Origin: Gammaproteobacteria bacterium
GTDB lineage: Bacteria; Pseudomonadota; Gammaproteobacteria; Xanthomonadales; Xanthomonadaceae
Direction of reading: 5' to 3'
Assembly (NCBI GenBank): GCA_025352045.1
Contig: JANXUD010000028.1
Location: forward strand, 10,206 to 74,205
Length of the DNA stretch: 64,000 nt
This document shows, piece by piece, positions 59,161-64,000 of the stretch; position 1 is the first letter of the stretch; each line of letters starts with the position of its first letter. The notes beneath the pieces were generated by a model. That model was given only the letters and a program-made list of their open reading frames with translations. It searched no databases and was not told the DNA's origin. Position numbers and translations under genes: made by a program.

Positions 59161-59391
59161 CCACGACGCAATCTGCACAGTGCTGACAAATCGGGGCGCC
59201 AGGAGGCGCCCCGATGTCGTTTGGGGGATCGCGCTCGTGGATCCAGCGGAGCGCGTGGACGATCGGGGCTGCCTGACGCGCCGAAACCTGCCTTGAGGCG
59301 CCCGGACGACGAGTCGAGGGACCCGCGCCAATCGGTACTTTACATACTGTGTGCCGCAATGTAGTGTACGCCAAACGCTACGGGGTGGAAC

Positions 59392-59739
59392 ATGGTGGAG
59401 CTCAAGGAAACACCGCTGTCCAAGCTGGAACTGGAGATTCGCCGCGGCGCCCTGGTGCTGGCGGTCCTGACCCAGCTCAAGGAGGCGCAATACGGCTACT
59501 CCCTGCGCCAGGCCCTGGCCCAGCGCGGGCTGCCAATCGAGGAAGGGACCCTCTATCCCCTGCTTCGGCGGCTGGAAAGCCAAGCGCTGCTGGCATCGGA
59601 GTGGCGGATCGAGGACGGCCCGCCGCGCCGCTACTACCAACTGAACGACGCTGGCGAGGCACTGCTCGCCGACCTGACGGCCTCCTGGAACGCGCTCGCC
59701 GCGACCATGGCCAAACTGCTTGAAGGGAGCAAGACATGA
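59392..59739 (+). CDS. PadR-family transcriptional regulator
   Basis: GYSLRQAL...EGTLYPLLRRLESQALLASEW...RRYYQLNDAG is the PadR winged helix. Confidence 0.9.
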   Translation: MVELKETPLSKLELEIRRGALVLAVLTQLKEAQYGYSLRQALAQRGLPIEEGTLYPLLRRLESQALLASEWRIEDGPPRRYYQLNDAGEALLADLTASWNALAATMAKLLEGSKT

Positions 59740-60647
59740 ACCGCAATCCAGTCATCGAAGCGTATGTGGTCGAGGTGATGCGCCGTCTGCCGGGCAAGGA
59801 TCGCAATGGCATCGGTTACGAGCTGCGCGGCCTGCTGACCGACATGCTCGCCGAGCGCGCCGAGTCGTCCGGCCATGGCGCCGACGACGCGATGGTGCTG
59901 GCCCTGCTGCGCGAATTCGGCACGCCCGCCGAGGTCGCCCAGCGCTATCGGCCGCCGGGCATGCTGGTCATCCCCGCCGACCAGACACGCGTGTTCGTGC
60001 CCTGGGCCATCGCCGGTGTCGCCCTGCAGTGGGTGCTGACCCTGCCGCGCGTGTTCGAAGGCCAACCGCTGTCCACCTGGTGGCTGACCTGGGGCCTCGG
60101 TGCGTTCTGGTGGCCCGGCTTCCTGGTGATGACCTCGCTGGCCGTGGCCTGGCTGCGGCAGAAGGGCGTGATCAAGGTCGGCGACTGGTCAACGCGCACC
60201 TACGATCCCGAACGCGTCAACCGGGGCGTGCTGGCCTTCGGGCTGCTCTGGTTCGGCTGCGGCGTGGCGTTGGTGTCCAGCCTGCCCTGGATCGCAAGCC
60301 GGATGCCGGATCCGATGTCACACATTCTCGCCGTGGATCCGCAGTTCCTGCGGACGCGCACCTGGCCCGTCGTGCTGCTGTGGCTGGGCCAGTTCACCTT
60401 GCTGGTCACCGTGCTGGTGAAGGGCCGCTGGTCCACGCTGACGCGGCACATCGAGATGGTCATCAGCATCGGCTTCGCCGCAGTGCTGGCCTGGTGGATC
60501 AGCGCCGGGTCGATCCTGCAGGCCAAGGCCAGCAACGATGGCGCGAGGCTGGCGCTCAGCTTCGTGATCCTGGTCATTGCCATCGACGTGGGCAAGAAGT
60601 GGTACCGGGAGCGCACGCGGATCTGTACCCCCAACATCGCCGGCTAG
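59736..60647 (+). CDS. PadR-associated polytopic membrane protein
   Basis: ATGA overlap with padR. The N-terminal soluble helix bundle (IEAYVVEVMRRLP...LREFGTPAEVAQRY) resembles the anti-regulator/sensor partners often paired with PadR. It is followed by several TM helices. Confidence 0.7.
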   Translation: MNRNPVIEAYVVEVMRRLPGKDRNGIGYELRGLLTDMLAERAESSGHGADDAMVLALLREFGTPAEVAQRYRPPGMLVIPADQTRVFVPWAIAGVALQWVLTLPRVFEGQPLSTWWLTWGLGAFWWPGFLVMTSLAVAWLRQKGVIKVGDWSTRTYDPERVNRGVLAFGLLWFGCGVALVSSLPWIASRMPDPMSHILAVDPQFLRTRTWPVVLLWLGQFTLLVTVLVKGRWSTLTRHIEMVISIGFAAVLAWWISAGSILQAKASNDGARLALSFVILVIAIDVGKKWYRERTRICTPNIAG

Positions 60648-60806
60648 ACCCTCGCACCCTGGCGGCGCACCCATCCCATCGAAAGGAGAATTCCCATGCT
60701 TCGTGCATGCGCATCGTCAGCGAAACCGGGCCGATGAAACCCCGCGTGGCCTCCAGGCACCGAGGGAACAGGCCATAATCGGGGCTGATCCCCGACAGGC
60801 CAACGC

Positions 60807-61358
60807 ATGGATAGCTCGCCCCAGACCGACACCGCCGCGCACTACTCGCTGCGCGCCCGGCGTTTTCATTGGTGGTCGTTCGGGCTGGTCGCGCTGGCCT
60901 ACCTGCTGATCAACCTGGTGGACCTGTTCGAGCGCGGCACGCCGCTGCGGCGTGCCGTGCTGCAGGGCCACTTCCTGGCCGGACTGGTGGTGCTGGCGCT
61001 GGTCCTGCCGCGGCTGCTCAACCGCCTGCGCAACGCACCGCCGCCGATCGTCCCGCCGATCGCCTCCTGGGAAGCGCGGCTGTCGGGACTCACGCATTTC
61101 CTGCTCTATGCCTGCCTGTTGCTGCAGCCCATCCTCGGCCTGCTGACGGTGTGGCTCGGCGGCCGCGGGATTGGCATCCCGTTCACCGCGATCCAGCTGC
61201 CCTCGCCGCTCACCGAGAACCACGATCTTCACGAGCAGCTCGGCAGCATCCATGGCTGGGTCGGCACGGTGTTCTACTACGTGATCGGCCTGCACATCGC
61301 CGGCGCGCTGTGGCACCACGCCGTGCGCCACGACAACACCTTGCGGCGCATCACCTGA
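60807..61358 (+). CDS. cytochrome b561 family protein
   Basis: Four TM segments with conserved His (RFHWWSF, LQGHFLAG, GLTHFLLY, IHGWVG...HIAGALWHH). Confidence 0.85.
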   Translation: MDSSPQTDTAAHYSLRARRFHWWSFGLVALAYLLINLVDLFERGTPLRRAVLQGHFLAGLVVLALVLPRLLNRLRNAPPPIVPPIASWEARLSGLTHFLLYACLLLQPILGLLTVWLGGRGIGIPFTAIQLPSPLTENHDLHEQLGSIHGWVGTVFYYVIGLHIAGALWHHAVRHDNTLRRIT

Positions 61359-61391
61359 GCGCGCGGGCCGGCCCACGGGCCGGCAACGGCG

Positions 61392-62030
61392 TCACCAGTG
61401 CTTGGGCAGTTCCTTGACCAGCACCATGCGGCGCTCGTCGTCCCGATCCATGAAGCCGCCACGCGCCAAGTCCCGGAGGATGTGGTTGACCATCTCACGG
61501 GTGGCGCCGACGCGATCGGCGATTTCCTGCTGGGTGATCGCGCCCGGGATCACGCGGACCCCGTCCTCGTCCAGCGCGAGGCGGTTGAGCACGTCCACGG
61601 TGCGCTCGTACACGCCGCTGAACGCGAGGCTGCGCGTCTGCCCGGTCGCGTGGCGGACCCTGGCGATGAGTTTCAGCACCAGGCATTCGGCGAATTCCGG
61701 ATAGGCTTTCATGAACTCGCGGAATTCGGTCGGGCCAACCACCACGCACTGCGCCGCGTCGACCGCCTTGACCGAGGCCGAGCGCGCCTCGCCATCGAGG
61801 AACATCTCGCCGAAGAATTCACCCGGCTGCAGGATGTTGTAGATCAGCTCCCGCCCGCGCTCGTCGCGCGTGAACACCTTCACCTGGCCAGAGACCAGGA
61901 TATAGAGCGCGTCCGACAACTCGCCTTCGGTGATCAGCACGTCGCCGCGCGCGAACGTGCGCAAGTCGCCACGCTCGGCCAGGCTTCGCATCAGGGCATC
62001 GGACAAATGCGAGTGGTCTTCCAACGGCAT
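61392..62030 (-). CDS. Crp/Fnr-family transcriptional regulator
   Basis: cNMP-binding beta-roll (GEFFGEMFL...RSASVKA) and a C-terminal HTH (TQQEIADRVGATREMVNHILRDL). There is no N-terminal Cys cluster, so it is not FNR-type. Confidence 0.9.
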   Translation of the reverse strand: MPLEDHSHLSDALMRSLAERGDLRTFARGDVLITEGELSDALYILVSGQVKVFTRDERGRELIYNILQPGEFFGEMFLDGEARSASVKAVDAAQCVVVGPTEFREFMKAYPEFAECLVLKLIARVRHATGQTRSLAFSGVYERTVDVLNRLALDEDGVRVIPGAITQQEIADRVGATREMVNHILRDLARGGFMDRDDERRMVLVKELPKHW

Positions 62031-62163
62031 GTCGCATCCCGGGTCGTGCGGAGAGACGCCCGACGATACGCGTTTGTGCGACACCCATGACGCTCTGTGA
62101 AATATTTACATGCCCAGTGTTACCCCACCCCAGGCAAAAGTGGGGCCCGCGTCACGCCACGCA

Positions 62164-63819
62164 TCAGCCGCCGATGCGCTGCAGGATCGGGCGCAGGTGC
62201 ATCACCGGCTGGCAGGCGGAATGGGCCGCGTTGGGCGCGGTCCCGACCGGGCAGGCCATGCACGCGCCCGGACGCTGCGGATTGGGCACGGTGCTGCCGG
62301 TGCAACCGGGCGCGCAACTGCCGTCCACGTTCGTGCGTTCCGGCGGACAGGTCGCCGCGGGCGCCATGCTGCGCAAGGCGCCTGCACCGCCGATCGCGTG
62401 CAGTCCGGGACCCACGGGCTGGCAGAAGCCACCGACTTCCTCGGTGCCCGGCGCGCAGACACAGGCCATCGCGTCGTTCGCCGGATGCACCGTGCCCGCG
62501 GGACAGCTCACGCCGGGGAACCCCATGATCTTGCAAAAGTCGTCGCCGCCGTTGGAGTGCCCGCCCTGCGTGCAGGGCTCGCAGACGCCGCCCTGTTTGC
62601 GCTGGGTGTCGGGTGGGCACACCATGCATTCGCTGGCCCCAGGCAAATGTCCCAGGCCTTCGGGACAGGCATCGGCGACACAGACAGGCGAGCTGTTGGA
62701 GGTATGCGCTCCGCTGGGACAGGCTTGGCAACTGTTCTCGACCTGTTCGGTGTCCGGGGCGCACGCGGTGCAATCCTTGCCGTCCCAGATGCGGCCCAGG
62801 GGGCATCGGCTTCCGCAGGTGTTGCCGTCCTGGCTCACGGCCTGCCAGCTGGCGCAGCAGATCGCGGCCAGGCCGTTCCGGCCGTTCCAGTGCTCGTCGG
62901 CCTTGCAAGGATTGATCGGCTCCACGTGCGTCATCACGCAGGCACTGCCGTCGCGATTCGGCTCCCAGGTCTCGAAACCCGCCAGGCCTGTCTTGTTCAT
63001 GCAGGCACTGCAGTTGCCGTACTTGTCCCTGGCCGTGTTCGGCGGACAGGTAAGGCAGGTGAAAGTCGGTCCGTGGAAAAAGCCCTGGCCCAGGTCCACC
63101 CACTTGCCGTCTGCGTACGGACGCGTCGGTGCCGGGCAATTGCAGGTGCGAACGCGCAGGCCGGGCTGCAGGGCGCTGCCATCCCAGCCGTGCGTCCAGC
63201 CGGGGAATGGAACGCCCGTCGCCGGGCACATCGCCACGTCGTAGGCCTCCTGCTGCTGGCCGCCATTGCCGACACCCGCGCGCGGATCGTGGTCGCTGCC
63301 CGCCATGCCCCACAGCGTGCTGAGGCCGAGCAGTTCGCCGGCCTTCCTGGTGCCCGCGGCAACGTTGGCAACGGGATCGACCGCCTTGGCGCAGGCGACG
63401 ACATCCTCGACCAGGCCCTGGATCTTCTGCGCGATGCCGCTCTCGGCGACCGCACAGCCACAATCGAGATAGGCGCTGACCACGCTGGCGTCGGCCACGG
63501 CGAGCAACTGCTGCGCGGCCTGCGACGACGGCTTGCCCAGGATCGACGAACACTGCCCGGTCTTGAGCACACCGGTCGTGGTGAGCGTGGTCAGCGTGCC
63601 GGCAACCGCCTCGAAGCCGGGATCCTCGAGGTCGGCGAGGCATTCGCCGTGATCCTTGACGAACTGGTAGGCCAGGCCGATGTCGTTGGCGCTGAACTGG
63701 TTGACCAGCGTGGTGCAGGCGCCGATGCCGGCCTGCGCCTGGCCGATGCAGCCTGCAAAGACCAGCAGCACGGCCAGACCACGGCGCAGCCATGCCTTCG
63801 AAGCCGGTGTCGTGGTCAT
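62164..63819 (-). CDS. secreted cysteine-rich repeat protein
   Basis: Signal peptide MTTTPASKAWLRRGLAVLLVFAGCIGQAQA (ATG 63819). The N-terminal region of about 200 aa has few Cys. The C-terminal region of about 330 aa is packed with CxxC(P/A)xGT-type units. Confidence 0.75.
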   Translation of the reverse strand: MTTTPASKAWLRRGLAVLLVFAGCIGQAQAGIGACTTLVNQFSANDIGLAYQFVKDHGECLADLEDPGFEAVAGTLTTLTTTGVLKTGQCSSILGKPSSQAAQQLLAVADASVVSAYLDCGCAVAESGIAQKIQGLVEDVVACAKAVDPVANVAAGTRKAGELLGLSTLWGMAGSDHDPRAGVGNGGQQQEAYDVAMCPATGVPFPGWTHGWDGSALQPGLRVRTCNCPAPTRPYADGKWVDLGQGFFHGPTFTCLTCPPNTARDKYGNCSACMNKTGLAGFETWEPNRDGSACVMTHVEPINPCKADEHWNGRNGLAAICCASWQAVSQDGNTCGSRCPLGRIWDGKDCTACAPDTEQVENSCQACPSGAHTSNSSPVCVADACPEGLGHLPGASECMVCPPDTQRKQGGVCEPCTQGGHSNGGDDFCKIMGFPGVSCPAGTVHPANDAMACVCAPGTEEVGGFCQPVGPGLHAIGGAGALRSMAPAATCPPERTNVDGSCAPGCTGSTVPNPQRPGACMACPVGTAPNAAHSACQPVMHLRPILQRIGG

Positions 63820-63954
63820 GGCGCTGTCCCCGTGGCGCAGGCGGATCGGGATGACCGGATGCGCGAGCAAATCCTACGCCCAATTCCGCGCGGCCGCGGG
63901 ATGGCGGATGCGGCCCGGCTTGCTAAGCTGGCGTCCTGACCGGGAGTCCGCTGC

Positions 63955-64000
63955 ATGCAGTTGTATGGCCGCTCCAGCTCGCACTTCACGCGCATCCCGC
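63955..64000 (+). CDS. 5' end of a CDS running off the window (product not supportable)
   Basis: ATG 63955 is preceded by GGGAG (63942-63946). MQLYGRSSSHFTRIP could be a GST/thioredoxin-fold N-terminus, but 15 residues are too few to decide. Confidence 0.35.
   Translation, partial: MQLYGRSSSHFTRIP

Noticed and set aside
62110-63939. 609-aa plus-strand ORF and 587-aa minus-strand ORF (62120..63883) overlapping the cysteine-rich gene
   Set aside because: Only frame 62164..63819 gives a signal peptide and a regular Cys-repeat pattern. The others are Arg/Gly/Ala/Pro-rich.

Overview
This window is a high-G+C chromosomal segment (about two-thirds G+C by eye, not computed). The gene content suggests a Xanthomonadales/Lysobacterales-type gammaproteobacterium, which is an inference. 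I can support about 60 protein-coding genes, one frameshifted pseudogene, one small REP repeat family with its RAYT transposase, several hairpin terminators and one very clear sigma-54 promoter. I saw no rRNA, tRNA, CRISPR array, prophage or recognisable defence island.

Most of the content is housekeeping or envelope-related:
- two paralogous split MacAB-like export modules (adaptor, ATPase and two separate FtsX permeases);
- seven peptidases, most with an N-terminal signal sequence (M43, two M13, S41, M1, M20, M64);
- kup next to a truncated kdpD-like/kdpE pair;
- a YciI-VOC-sigma operon;
- redox and stress genes (peroxiredoxin, pirin, DoxX, SPFH, cytochromes, a Baeyer-Villiger-type monooxygenase).

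The items most worth a second look are:
1. A 7.2-kb operon (48311-55578, minus strand) behind a textbook sigma-54 promoter. It encodes an export module plus its own NtrC-type regulator and kinase. The promoter lies inside the longest ORF of the first gene.
2. A secreted protein of about 550 aa with roughly 40 cysteines in CxxC(P/A)xGT-type repeats (62164-63819).
3. A signal-peptide-bearing helical protein translationally coupled to an M13 peptidase. Its C-terminus resembles type III needle-protein C-termini (39890-40696).
4. An intact RAYT bracketed by inverted REP doublets.
5. An orphan truncated kdpD-like/kdpE pair divergent from kup, with no kdpFABC in the window.

Nothing here can be called a new system from sequence alone. 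All functional links below are hypotheses. Because of the high G+C there are many long spurious ORFs in alternative and antisense frames, and these were rejected.
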